DNA of 64,000 nucleotides from an uncultured Ruminococcus sp. (GTDB lineage Bacteria; Bacillota; Clostridia; Oscillospirales; CAG-382): NCBI GenBank assembly GCA_964487775.1, contig CAZASH010000003.1, positions 1,377 to 65,376 of the forward strand, read 5' to 3'. Shown piece by piece: positions 54,862 to 64,000 of this stretch (position 1 is its first letter; each line of letters starts with the position of its first letter). The notes under the pieces were generated by a model. It saw only the letters and a program-made list of their open reading frames with translations, ran no database searches and was not told where the DNA came from. The position numbers and the translations under genes were made by a program.

Positions 54862-56091
54862 TTATTCTGTTTGCTGTTTGATGAATGAGCCGAGCTGACT
54901 GTCGATCTGCTCTGTCAAGCCGACCCTGTATGCGTTGATGTCTGACAGTCCGTCGCCGCCATCCATGATATCGATGCCGAAATATTCGGTCGCTTTTTTG
55001 TCGTCGCCTCTTTTTTCCGCTCCGCAGATGCCGAATACAGCGGCGGCAATAGCCTTTTCGTCGGCATCTATGCCGACTATCAGCCTCTCGCAGCAATTGG
55101 TATCGGGCAGGCCGTCATAATATGCCGTATAAGCCACGCCCTCTACATCTATTGAGCAGCAAATAGCAAAATAGCCGTCGTATTCTTTTGTGTCGCACTG
55201 CGAGGTAATAAGCCCGTCAAGTGTGCGGAACGACGTGCCCGCAAGCATCATATCAAGCTCAAAATTGCCGCCGACACTCTCCGAATGCACAAATCTCATG
55301 ACCGAAACGTCAAACGTCGTCTCAGCCCCGTATTGCTTTGAGATATCCGAAACAAGCTCTATCGCACTGTTGACACTGCTTTTAAACTTTCTTTCTTCGC
55401 CGTCGGACAAAACATAGTCGTTCTGCGACATCAGTATGACCACCGCCAGATATCTGCCGCCAAGCTTTTTTGCAGAGCCGACATTCATTTTTTCGCTCTT
55501 TGGCGAAATATATTGGCGCTCTGAATAAAGCGTACCGCCGAGCCTTATGCCATCGTCTGTCCGCACGAGAGGCAGTGTAATATCTCCGACCGTCACACTA
55601 TCGTCGCCTATGACAAAATTGCCGTAAGCAATGTCACGATCGTCGATATAATGATAATAGCAATATGTTCTGCCGTCGTCACCCTCTATGACGGCGTTCC
55701 TGCCGTATTCGGGAAGCTCGAGATAATGCTCGATAACGCCGCAGGTGCTGTCATAGGTCGACTCGAGCAAGGCGCTTATCGCAGCAAAATCGGCATATTC
55801 GCCTGTGACCTCGACATAATCGGATGTCGTTTCGCCGCCTGTGAGGTATCCGCCTGCGAATATCATATGCACGAGCTTGTCGTTGAGCAGCAATCTTGCG
55901 ATCTCGGCTCGGCTGTATTGCTCATCCGGCTCATCGCTCGGCTCTTGCCCGGTGCTTTCACTGCTCTGCTCGGGCGAAGTGTCATCAGACGGCTGCTGCA
56001 CATCACCATTATAGCACGCAGAAAGGCACAAGACAAGCACAAGCAGCGACAGCAAAAGCCTAATTTTTAAAATTGATCGCCGTTCTGACAA
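54862..56091 (-). CDS. Hypothetical lipoprotein; possible IseA-like domain plus degenerate metallopeptidase-like domain
   Basis: GGAGG RBS 9 nt before TTG; LSA-C lipobox; acidic linker; C-terminal ..IAAAVFGICGA..DIM..NAYRVG. Confidence 0.7.
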   Translation of the reverse strand: MSERRSILKIRLLLSLLVLVLCLSACYNGDVQQPSDDTSPEQSSESTGQEPSDEPDEQYSRAEIARLLLNDKLVHMIFAGGYLTGGETTSDYVEVTGEYADFAAISALLESTYDSTCGVIEHYLELPEYGRNAVIEGDDGRTYCYYHYIDDRDIAYGNFVIGDDSVTVGDITLPLVRTDDGIRLGGTLYSERQYISPKSEKMNVGSAKKLGGRYLAVVILMSQNDYVLSDGEERKFKSSVNSAIELVSDISKQYGAETTFDVSVMRFVHSESVGGNFELDMMLAGTSFRTLDGLITSQCDTKEYDGYFAICCSIDVEGVAYTAYYDGLPDTNCCERLIVGIDADEKAIAAAVFGICGAEKRGDDKKATEYFGIDIMDGGDGLSDINAYRVGLTEQIDSQLGSFIKQQTE

Positions 56092-56677
56092 TGTCGTTGT
56101 CCTCCTCGCCTATCGCCTTGCAGATGAGCGCAGGATTGAGCACCGCATCCGGTGCGGCAGAAACACGCACCTTCAGCAAAACTCCGCCGCCATCTTTTTC
56201 AAGGCATTCAAAGCAAAATATCTTGTCTGTGATATCGACCTCGACATCGCCCTTTTTGCCCGATTTTATCGTGACGAGCCTGCCCTGCATAAGCTTTGAA
56301 ATCTCGTCTGCACTGCGGTCTGTGTGCAAAGTAATATCATAATCGGCGCTGACAACGTCGCTTATCTTGTTGGTCGGATAAAAGCAGCCCGTGATCTCGA
56401 TGCCTCTCGGCAACGCCCTGCTTAATGCCGAAACGACCTCACCTGTCGGAATTTCTGCATTTACGCCAAAATCGACGACCTCGCAGACACTCTCCTGATA
56501 CATCGAAAGCGGTATGGCAAACGCTATCTTGGGATGCGGATTAAAGCCCTCGCTGTAGGTTATATCAAGTCCCGAGCGCACCAATGCACGTGTGAACGCG
56601 CGCTGAAGGTCGAGATGCGAGATATAGCGCATTACGCCTGTCTTTTTAAAGGTTATTCTTATCTTCATTTCTTGCAA
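56060..56677 (-). CDS. Radical SAM-linked protein (DUF2344/TIGR03936)
   Basis: FKKTGVMRYISHLDLQR, YSEGFNPHPK..FAIPL; directly after a TIGR03960 gene. Confidence 0.92.
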   Translation of the reverse strand: MQEMKIRITFKKTGVMRYISHLDLQRAFTRALVRSGLDITYSEGFNPHPKIAFAIPLSMYQESVCEVVDFGVNAEIPTGEVVSALSRALPRGIEITGCFYPTNKISDVVSADYDITLHTDRSADEISKLMQGRLVTIKSGKKGDVEVDITDKIFCFECLEKDGGGVLLKVRVSAAPDAVLNPALICKAIGEEDNDIVRTAINFKN

Positions 56678-58497
56678 TGCACCTCACATTCAAACGCACC
56701 GCAGCCCGAGCATTTCGTGCGGCAGTCGGGTGTAGTCGTGCCTGCTTCGGAAAGATGCTTTTCACAAAGCAAGAAGCGCTTTGTTACGCCTATGTCCAAA
56801 AAGTCCCACGGCAATATCTCGTCCTCGCTGCGCCTGCGAGTAGCGTAAAAGTCGGGATCTATGCCTGTCGAGGCGAATATATCAAGCCAGTTTTCATAGC
56901 TGAAATACTCATCCCAGCTATCAAAGCGCTGACCTCGCCTTACCGCCTCTGCGATCGCCCTGCCAAGCCTGCGGTCGCCGCGTGAAAACACCCCCTCAAG
57001 CCTCGAAACGCGCGACTCGTGGTATTTATAGTTTATACGGCGTGACTTAATGCAGTCTTTAAGCAGCAATTGCTTGCGCTGCAGCTCCTCGAGCGAGTCC
57101 TGCGGCTCCCACTGGAACGGCGTAAACGGCTTAGGCACAAAGCAGCTGACCGAAACAGTTATCTCTGGTGCTCTGCCTGTGCGCTTTTTTGAATTATAAA
57201 GGTCGAGTATCCTGTGTGCAAGGCCTGCTATACCCTCAATATCCTCGTCTGTCTCGCCGGGCAAGCCGTTCATGAAATAAAGCTTTAAAGAGTTTCTGCC
57301 GCCGTCAAACGCCTTGGCGCAGCCGTCCATTATCTCCTGCTCGGTGATATTCTTGTTGATGACATCACGCATACGCTGGGTGCCTGCCTCGGGCGCAAAG
57401 GTAAGACCTGACTTGCGGACTGACGATACCTTTTTGAGCAATTCGTCATAGAAGGCATCTATACGCATTGACGGCAACGAAAGTCCTATCTTTTTGTCGT
57501 CGGTCCAGGTCTTGAGCCTGTCGATAAGCTCGCCAAGGTCTGTATAGTCGCTTATCGAAAGCGACGTGAGCGAGATCTCGCTGTAGCCTGTTTTTTCAAA
57601 GCATTCGCGTGCGTTGCAATCGAGCACGTCGGGTGATTTTTGTCTGTAGGGTCTGTATACCATGCCCGCCTGGCAAAAGCGGCAGCCTCTGATGCAGCCT
57701 CTGAACACCTCAAGCGTTATTCTGTCGTGCACAGTATCGAGATAAGGCACTATCGCCTCGGTCGGGAATGCGACATTGTCGAGGTCTGTTATTATGCGCT
57801 TTTTGACTGTGCGAGGCACGTCGTCGTATTTTGGCTCAAAGCTCTTGATAGTGCCGTCGTCGTTATATGTGACCTCGTAGAGCGACGGAACATAAAAGCC
57901 CTCGAGGCGCGATGCCCTGCGCAGGAATTCCGACTTTGAAGCGCCCTCTGACCTGCACTGACGATAAAGCCTTGCAAGCTCGGGCAATGCCTCCTCGCCC
58001 TCGCCTATCGAGAAAATGTCAAAAAATTCTGCCACAGGCTCGGGGTTATAGGTGCACGGTCCGCCGCCGAGGATTATCGGCATATCGTCGCCCCTCTCGT
58101 CGGCACGCATCGGAATGCCCGCCAATGAAAGCATATTCAAAACGTTGGTATAGCAAAGCTCATATTGCAATGTAAAGGCGACTATGTCAAAATCCTTTAA
58201 AGGGTCGCCTGTTTCGAGCGCATAAAGCGGCGTCCCTGTCTCGCGCATGACCTGCTCCATATCGCCCCAGGGGGCAAAGCAGCGCTCGCAAAACACGTTT
58301 TCGACCCGGTTCAGGCAATGCGTCAAAATGCGCATTCCGAGGTTTGACATGCCTATCTCATAGGTGTCGGGAAAGCAGAAGCATATCCTCGTATCATAAG
58401 TGCCTTCGGGCTTAATAAACTCGCCGTATTCGCCGCCGATATAGCGCCCCGGCTTTTCGACCCTTTTTAGCAGATGTGAATATCTGTCGTACTTCAA
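56665..58497 (-). CDS. TIGR03960 family B12-binding radical SAM protein
   Basis: [34 protein letters not shown] (CxxxCxxC), [21 protein letters not shown]. Confidence 0.93.
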   Translation of the reverse strand: MKYDRYSHLLKRVEKPGRYIGGEYGEFIKPEGTYDTRICFCFPDTYEIGMSNLGMRILTHCLNRVENVFCERCFAPWGDMEQVMRETGTPLYALETGDPLKDFDIVAFTLQYELCYTNVLNMLSLAGIPMRADERGDDMPIILGGGPCTYNPEPVAEFFDIFSIGEGEEALPELARLYRQCRSEGASKSEFLRRASRLEGFYVPSLYEVTYNDDGTIKSFEPKYDDVPRTVKKRIITDLDNVAFPTEAIVPYLDTVHDRITLEVFRGCIRGCRFCQAGMVYRPYRQKSPDVLDCNARECFEKTGYSEISLTSLSISDYTDLGELIDRLKTWTDDKKIGLSLPSMRIDAFYDELLKKVSSVRKSGLTFAPEAGTQRMRDVINKNITEQEIMDGCAKAFDGGRNSLKLYFMNGLPGETDEDIEGIAGLAHRILDLYNSKKRTGRAPEITVSVSCFVPKPFTPFQWEPQDSLEELQRKQLLLKDCIKSRRINYKYHESRVSRLEGVFSRGDRRLGRAIAEAVRRGQRFDSWDEYFSYENWLDIFASTGIDPDFYATRRRSEDEILPWDFLDIGVTKRFLLCEKHLSEAGTTTPDCRTKCSGCGAFECEVHCKK

Positions 58498-61319
58498 AAT
58501 CTTTGTCCTTTCAAAACTTTTTTAAGAAACTGTCCCGTATAGGACTGCTCGCATTCGGCGACCTGCTCGGGCGTGCCCGACACGACAACTGTGCCGCCTC
58601 CGTCTCCGCCCTCGGGACCCATATCTATAATATAATCTGCCGATTTGATAATATCAAGGTTGTGCTCGATAACGACGACCGTATTGCCAAGCTCTACAAG
58701 TCGAACCAGAACCTCGCGCAATTTCTCGACGTCGGCAGTATGCAGGCCTGTCGTCGGCTCGTCGAGTATATAAAGCGTTCTGCCTGTATCACGGCGTGAA
58801 AGCTCTGTTGCGAGCTTGACCCTCTGCGCCTCGCCGCCGGAAAGCGTCGTTGACGACTGTCCTATGCGGATATATCCGAGTCCGACGTCGTGCAAAAGGT
58901 CGAGCCTGCGCCTTATAGGCTCGTAGGTCGAGAAGAACTGCCGTCCCTCGTCGACCGTCATATTCAGAACATCGTATATCGTCTTGCCCTTATAATGCAC
59001 CTCGAGCGTCTCTCTGTTATAGCGCTTGCCCTTGCAGACATCGCAGGTGACATACACGTCGGGCAAAAAGTGCATTTCTATCAGAATAGTGCCGCCGCCC
59101 TGACATGCCTCGCATCTGCCGCCCTTGATATTGAACGAGAACCTGCCCTCTTTATATCCGCGCTCACGCGCCTCGGGGGTAGAGGCAAACACCGCACGTA
59201 TATCGCTGAACATACCTGTATACGTCGCAGGGTTCGATCTCGGCGTTCTGCCTATCGGCGACTGGTCTATATTGACCACCTTGTCGATATTCTCTATGCC
59301 CTGTATCTCGTCACAATCGCCTGCCGTAAGCGAAAGCTTGCCGAGGCTTCTGCCGACATTGCCATAAAGCACAGAATTGATGAGCGACGACTTGCCCGAG
59401 CCCGAAACGCCCGTGACACACACGAACGTGCCGAGCGGGATGTCGACGTCGATATTTTTGAGGTTGTTCTGCCTTGCGCCTCTTATGCCGAGGCAAAGAC
59501 CGTTGCCCTCACGGCGCACTTTGGGCACAGAAATGCACTTCCTGCCCGAGAGATATTCGCCTGTTATCGACTCTTTGCATTTCATAAGCTGCTTTGGCGT
59601 GCCCGAAAAGACGACGTTGCCGCCGTTTTCTCCCGCTCCCGGGCCTATGTCGACTATATAATCCGCCGAAAGCATGGTTTCTTCGTCATGCTCAACGACT
59701 ATCAGCGTGTTGCCGAGATCACGCAGGCGCATCAGAGCGTTGATGAGCAATCTGTTGTCGCGCTGATGAAGTCCTATTGAAGGCTCATCGAGAATATACA
59801 GCACGCCGACGAGCGACGAGCCTATCTGAGTTGCGAGCCTTATGCGCTGTGCTTCGCCGCCCGAGAGAGTGCCCGAGCTGCGTCCGAGCGTGAGATAGCC
59901 GAGCCCGACGTTGATGAGAAATCCGAGGCGCGAGCGTATCTCTTTTAATATATCCTTTGCTATCTCTGCGTTCTTGCCTGTCAGTGTCAGACTGTCAAAG
60001 AACTGAAACAGCTTTGTTATGCTGAGCCTGCACAGCTCATCGATGTTTTTATCAAATACCGTGACGGCGAGTGACTCATCCTTGAGCCTGCGCCCTTTGC
60101 AGACAGGGCAGGTCACGGTGTCCATAAACGCCTCATAGTATTCACGGCTCTCATAGCCGACGCCTGTATCATAGCGGCGCTTGATCATATTGACAACGCC
60201 CTCAAACCTCGGCTCTCCAACACGGCGCTTGCGGTTCAGGTTGCCGTACATGAGCGTCTTGTATGCTTCGTCGCTGTAATTGCATATCGGTGTATGCGTG
60301 TCGAAGCCGTAAAACGCTCCCAGATCGTTGACCTTTGCGCCCAGCCACGAGTCTGCGGCTGCCGATTTAAAGCCGTTGCAGACTATCGCACCGCCGTATA
60401 TCGACAGCGACCTGTCCGGAATAAGCTTATCGGGCGAAAGCACATAATTGCTGCCGAGTCCGCTGCATTCGGGACAAGCGCCGAACGGTGAGTTGAATGA
60501 GAACATTCTCGGCTCGAGCTCGCCGAGCGAAATGCCGTGTGTCTTGCAGGCATAATTCTGTGAGAAGGTTATGACCTGCTCTCCCCCTTCGGGAACATCC
60601 GGCAAAAGCACCTTGATTATGCCGTCGGCAAGTGACGAAGCCATCTCGACACTGTCGGCAAGCCTCGTCATAACGCTCTGATCGCCCTGCCTTATGACAA
60701 GCCTGTCGACGACTATGTCGATGTCGTGCTGCTTGTTTTTGTCAAGTGTAACGCCCTCTGAAAGCTCATATGTCGTGCCGTCCACGACCACCCTGACAAA
60801 GCCCTTTTTCTGTGCGTCGGCAAGCACCTTTTCGTGCATACCCTTTTTGCCGACGACGACAGGCGCCATGATCAGCATTCTCGTTCCATCGGCAAAGCTC
60901 ATGAGCTCGTTAATTATCTCGTCGACAGTCTGCTGCTGAATCGGTTCGCCGCACACAGGGCAATGAGGAACGCCTATGCGTGCAAAAAGCAATCGCATAT
61001 AGTCATATATTTCTGTCACCGTGCCGACTGTCGAGCGCGGATTTTTTGATGTTGTCTTTTGGTCTATCGATATTGCAGGCGAAAGTCCCTCGATGGTGTC
61101 GACGTCGGGCTTATCCATCTGCCCCAAAAACTGTCTGGCATACGACGAGAGCGACTCAACAAACCGCCTGTGTCCCTCGGCGTATATCGTGTCAAAGGCG
61201 AGGCTCGATTTGCCGGAGCCCGACAAGCCCGTGAACACGACAAATTTGTCTCTGGGGATAGTCACATCTATATTTTTAAGGTTATTCTCGCGTGCACCGC
61301 GGATAACAAGGTCTGCCAT
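58494..61319 (-). CDS. uvrA: Excinuclease ABC subunit A
   Basis: [17 protein letters not shown], two LSGGEAQR signatures, GVSGSGKSS, zinc-finger cysteines. Confidence 0.98.
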   Translation of the reverse strand: MADLVIRGARENNLKNIDVTIPRDKFVVFTGLSGSGKSSLAFDTIYAEGHRRFVESLSSYARQFLGQMDKPDVDTIEGLSPAISIDQKTTSKNPRSTVGTVTEIYDYMRLLFARIGVPHCPVCGEPIQQQTVDEIINELMSFADGTRMLIMAPVVVGKKGMHEKVLADAQKKGFVRVVVDGTTYELSEGVTLDKNKQHDIDIVVDRLVIRQGDQSVMTRLADSVEMASSLADGIIKVLLPDVPEGGEQVITFSQNYACKTHGISLGELEPRMFSFNSPFGACPECSGLGSNYVLSPDKLIPDRSLSIYGGAIVCNGFKSAAADSWLGAKVNDLGAFYGFDTHTPICNYSDEAYKTLMYGNLNRKRRVGEPRFEGVVNMIKRRYDTGVGYESREYYEAFMDTVTCPVCKGRRLKDESLAVTVFDKNIDELCRLSITKLFQFFDSLTLTGKNAEIAKDILKEIRSRLGFLINVGLGYLTLGRSSGTLSGGEAQRIRLATQIGSSLVGVLYILDEPSIGLHQRDNRLLINALMRLRDLGNTLIVVEHDEETMLSADYIVDIGPGAGENGGNVVFSGTPKQLMKCKESITGEYLSGRKCISVPKVRREGNGLCLGIRGARQNNLKNIDVDIPLGTFVCVTGVSGSGKSSLINSVLYGNVGRSLGKLSLTAGDCDEIQGIENIDKVVNIDQSPIGRTPRSNPATYTGMFSDIRAVFASTPEARERGYKEGRFSFNIKGGRCEACQGGGTILIEMHFLPDVYVTCDVCKGKRYNRETLEVHYKGKTIYDVLNMTVDEGRQFFSTYEPIRRRLDLLHDVGLGYIRIGQSSTTLSGGEAQRVKLATELSRRDTGRTLYILDEPTTGLHTADVEKLREVLVRLVELGNTVVVIEHNLDIIKSADYIIDMGPEGGDGGGTVVVSGTPEQVAECEQSYTGQFLKKVLKGQRF

Positions 61320-61351
61320 AAATTAAAACGCTTTCCTTTCACTGTATAAGC

Positions 61352-63301
61352 CTACATAAGTCGCTTGATCCTGTCACGGAGCGCCGCCGCAGTCTCAAAA
61401 TCGAGCTCCTTTGCGGCACGCTTCATGTCTGCAGTAAGCTTTTCGATCAGGCGCTTTTTGTCTGCGCCATCGGGCTTTTTGTCTGTGACATCGGGGTTGT
61501 CCGCAACATATATCTCGAGCGGCGCTCTGATGTCCTTTATAATAGTCTTGGGCACGATGCCGTGCACCCTGTTGTATTCTGCCTGAACCTCACGCCTGCG
61601 CTCGGTCTCTGTTATTGCACGCTGCATTGAGCCTGTGATGCGGTCGGCATACATGATGACCTTGCCGTGCGCATTTCGTGCGGCTCTGCCTATGGTCTGC
61701 ACAAGTGAGGTCTCTGACCTCAGGAAGCCCTCTTTGTCGGCGTCGAGTATGGCGACCAGGCTGACCTCGGGCAGGTCAAGGCCCTCTCTGAGCAGGTTGA
61801 TGCCGACGAGCACGTCAAACTCGCCTGCTCTGAGTCCGCGAATGATGTCCATGCGCTCTATCGTGTCTATATCAAAATGCATATATCTCGTTTTGACGTC
61901 CTTCATTTCGAGATATTCTGTGAGATCCTCTGCCATTTTTTTGGTGAGCGTCGTGACGAGCACACGCTCGCCCGCAGCAATGCGACTGCGCACCTCGCCG
62001 AGCAGGTCGTCGATCTGTCCCTGCGCCGAGCGAACCTCGATCTCGGGATCAAGCAATCCCGTAGGTCTGATTATCTGCTCTGCGACCTGCGTTGCTATAC
62101 CCAGCTCATAAGGCGCAGGCGTAGCACTGACATAGATAGTCTGTCCGCGCTTTGACTCGAACTCGTCAAATTTGAGAGGTCTGTTATCGAATGCGGACGG
62201 CAGTCTGAAGCCGTAGTCGATAAGGTTCTTTTTGCGGTTATGATCGCCGCTCGACATGGCTCTGACCTGCGGAACGGTAACGTGGCTCTCGTCGATGAAC
62301 AGCAGAAAATCGTCGGGGAAATAGTCGAGCAGGCAGAACGGCGCAGAGCCGGGCTGTCTGCCGGACAAAACACGCGAATAATTCTCAACACCCGAGCAGA
62401 AGCCTATCTCGCGTATCTGCTCGATGTCAAACAGCGTGCGCTCCTTGATGCGCTGCGCCTCGAGCAGCTTGCCCTCGCTCTCAAAATACGCTATGCGCTC
62501 GTCAAGCTCGTCGGTTATCTCTTTGAGCGCCTTTTCACGGCGTTCGGGAGATGTGACATAATGGCTCGCGGCATATATCGTCGCACTGCTCATTCTGCCC
62601 TCGACCTCGCCTGTTACCGTGTTGATGGCAGAGATCCTGTCTATCTCGTCGCCGAAAAGCTCGACTCTTATCGCCGTCGAGCCCGAATTTGACGGAAAAA
62701 TATCTATGCTGTCGCCTCTGACTCTGAAGTTGTCACGCTCAAAGCCTATGTCGCTGCGGTTGTATTGCAGTCCGACGAGCCTCTTGATTATCTCGCTGCG
62801 AGGATATATCGCACCCTGTCTCAGCGAAAGCGTGAGATTTGAATATTCCTGCGGGTCACCAAGCGAATAAATGCAGCTTACAGAAGCAACTATAATGACG
62901 TCCTTGCGCTCAAAAAGCGCCGACGTTGCGGAATGCCGCAATTTGTCTATCTCGTCGTTGACGGCAGAATCCTTTTCGATATAAATATCCTTGCCCGGAA
63001 CATAAGCCTCGGGCTGATAATAGTCATAATAAGAAACAAAAAACTCGACCGCATTCTCGGGAAACATCTCTTTAAATTCAGAGCAGAGCTGTGCCGCAAG
63101 CGTTTTGTTGTGCGAAAGCACGAGCGTCGGCTTGCCTATCTGCTGGATCACATTAGCCATCGTAAAGGTCTTGCCCGAGCCCGTGACACCCAAAAGCACC
63201 TGGTCACGCATACCGCTCTGTATGCCGTCGACGAGCTTTGCAACTGCCTGCGGCTGGTCGCCTGTCATCTCAAACGGACTGTGAAGTTTAAAAAGGCTCA
63301 T
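61352..63301 (-). CDS. uvrB: Excinuclease ABC subunit B
   Basis: [45 protein letters not shown]-terminal [14 protein letters not shown]. Confidence 0.98.
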   Translation of the reverse strand: MSLFKLHSPFEMTGDQPQAVAKLVDGIQSGMRDQVLLGVTGSGKTFTMANVIQQIGKPTLVLSHNKTLAAQLCSEFKEMFPENAVEFFVSYYDYYQPEAYVPGKDIYIEKDSAVNDEIDKLRHSATSALFERKDVIIVASVSCIYSLGDPQEYSNLTLSLRQGAIYPRSEIIKRLVGLQYNRSDIGFERDNFRVRGDSIDIFPSNSGSTAIRVELFGDEIDRISAINTVTGEVEGRMSSATIYAASHYVTSPERREKALKEITDELDERIAYFESEGKLLEAQRIKERTLFDIEQIREIGFCSGVENYSRVLSGRQPGSAPFCLLDYFPDDFLLFIDESHVTVPQVRAMSSGDHNRKKNLIDYGFRLPSAFDNRPLKFDEFESKRGQTIYVSATPAPYELGIATQVAEQIIRPTGLLDPEIEVRSAQGQIDDLLGEVRSRIAAGERVLVTTLTKKMAEDLTEYLEMKDVKTRYMHFDIDTIERMDIIRGLRAGEFDVLVGINLLREGLDLPEVSLVAILDADKEGFLRSETSLVQTIGRAARNAHGKVIMYADRITGSMQRAITETERRREVQAEYNRVHGIVPKTIIKDIRAPLEIYVADNPDVTDKKPDGADKKRLIEKLTADMKRAAKELDFETAAALRDRIKRLM

Positions 63302-63387
63302 GCTGACACCTCCCATACAATTTTGCAATCGACACCTTGACATACTATTATATCATAAGATGTCGCAAAAATAAATACCAAACTTAA

Positions 63388-63422
63388 AAAAAGAGCACTC
63401 TTGCATACAGCAAAAATGCTCG
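63388..63422 (-). terminator. Terminator of the edge gene, upstream of the uvrB promoter
   Basis: Minus strand: GAGCATTTTTGC-tgtat-GCAAGAGTGCTC then TTTTTTT. Confidence 0.7.
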
Positions 63423-63472
63423 TTCTCATATCAAATCATTTTTAAACCAGGCGCAAGTCACATTAATTCGGC

Positions 63473-64000
63473 TTATGCCTGAAATCCTCTGCGCCAGAGG
63501 TCATCCTCCGAAGCGATCTGTCGCATCGAATAGTCGAGCTTAAACCGACCGCCGTGCTTGCCGTCCTTGGTATAAACATCCAGCTCGGCGTCGTATTTGC
63601 TGAGCATAGGCGCAAGATAATGCAATTTATACATCAGCCTCGGCATCGATATGACGATGAGGTTGATGCTGTATTCGGCAGAATCATACGCCTGACCATA
63701 GCATTTTGCGCACATCGAATCGCCGAGATATACACATATTCCGTCCGCCTCGTCGAGGAAGCACTCGAACTGCTCGGGATCTTCGCACAGCATCGGATCG
63801 AACGGCAGCTTAAAGCGTATCGTCGCTATCTCGAGCGCAAACATCGAAATAATATCATCGCAATTCCAGACATTCAAAACAGGGCTGCCGTCCTTTGCAG
63901 GCACTGTAAAGCCGAACATAAGGCTGTCAGAGCGATAATTGATCATCACAGACGGAGGCTCGCCCTCGCCGTTTTCAAAATTGGCGGCGGCGCGAACTGC
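63473..64000 (-). CDS. Hypothetical protein, 5'-truncated by window edge
   Basis: Frame is open from 64000 (AVRAAANFENGEGEPPSVMINYR...) to the stop at 63473; no motif recognised. Confidence 0.6.
   Translation of the reverse strand, partial: AVRAAANFENGEGEPPSVMINYRSDSLMFGFTVPAKDGSPVLNVWNCDDIISMFALEIATIRFKLPFDPMLCEDPEQFECFLDEADGICVYLGDSMCAKCYGQAYDSAEYSINLIVISMPRLMYKLHYLAPMLSKYDAELDVYTKDGKHGGRFKLDYSMRQIASEDDLWRRGFQA

Overview
A 64 kb, mostly core-genome window from a spore-forming Firmicute (Clostridia, Oscillospirales-like by gene content and style; inference). Genes run mainly on + from 1 to 32.1 kb and entirely on - from 32.1 to 64 kb. Left half: gpr, spoIIP, a crtO-like acyltransferase/MGDG-synthase/DAG-kinase operon, a beta-propeller-DUF3737-patB operon, trmL-mnmE-mnmG-rsmG-Nudix, tRNA-Gln, a cohesin+dockerin protein, murB-whiA-dnaE-PBP1A-two-component system, MgtC/antiporter, serC-serA, two Gfo/Idh/MocA oxidoreductases and a lipoprotein. 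Right half: a tightly packed 20-gene run (uvrBA, radical SAM pair, lipoprotein, pyrH-frr-uppS-cdsA-dxr-rseP-ispG-polC, Lrp-aminotransferase-ispE, spoIIR, addBA, HIRAN-like gene), then spoIIE. I found no integrase, transposase, CRISPR array or intein. The best leads are: (1) a bidirectional array of GTGAAG-tagged mini-hairpins with a 200 bp periodic duplication just behind tRNA-Gln; (2) a possible acyl-glycolipid operon built on an orphan CrtO-like enzyme; (3) a GCAT-N5-ATGC palindrome at three promoters; (4) a 26-aa ORF leading a surface lipoprotein, near a C10 tract; (5) a lipoprotein that looks like a catalytically dead metallopeptidase. All family assignments come from motif recognition by eye; no database search was run.
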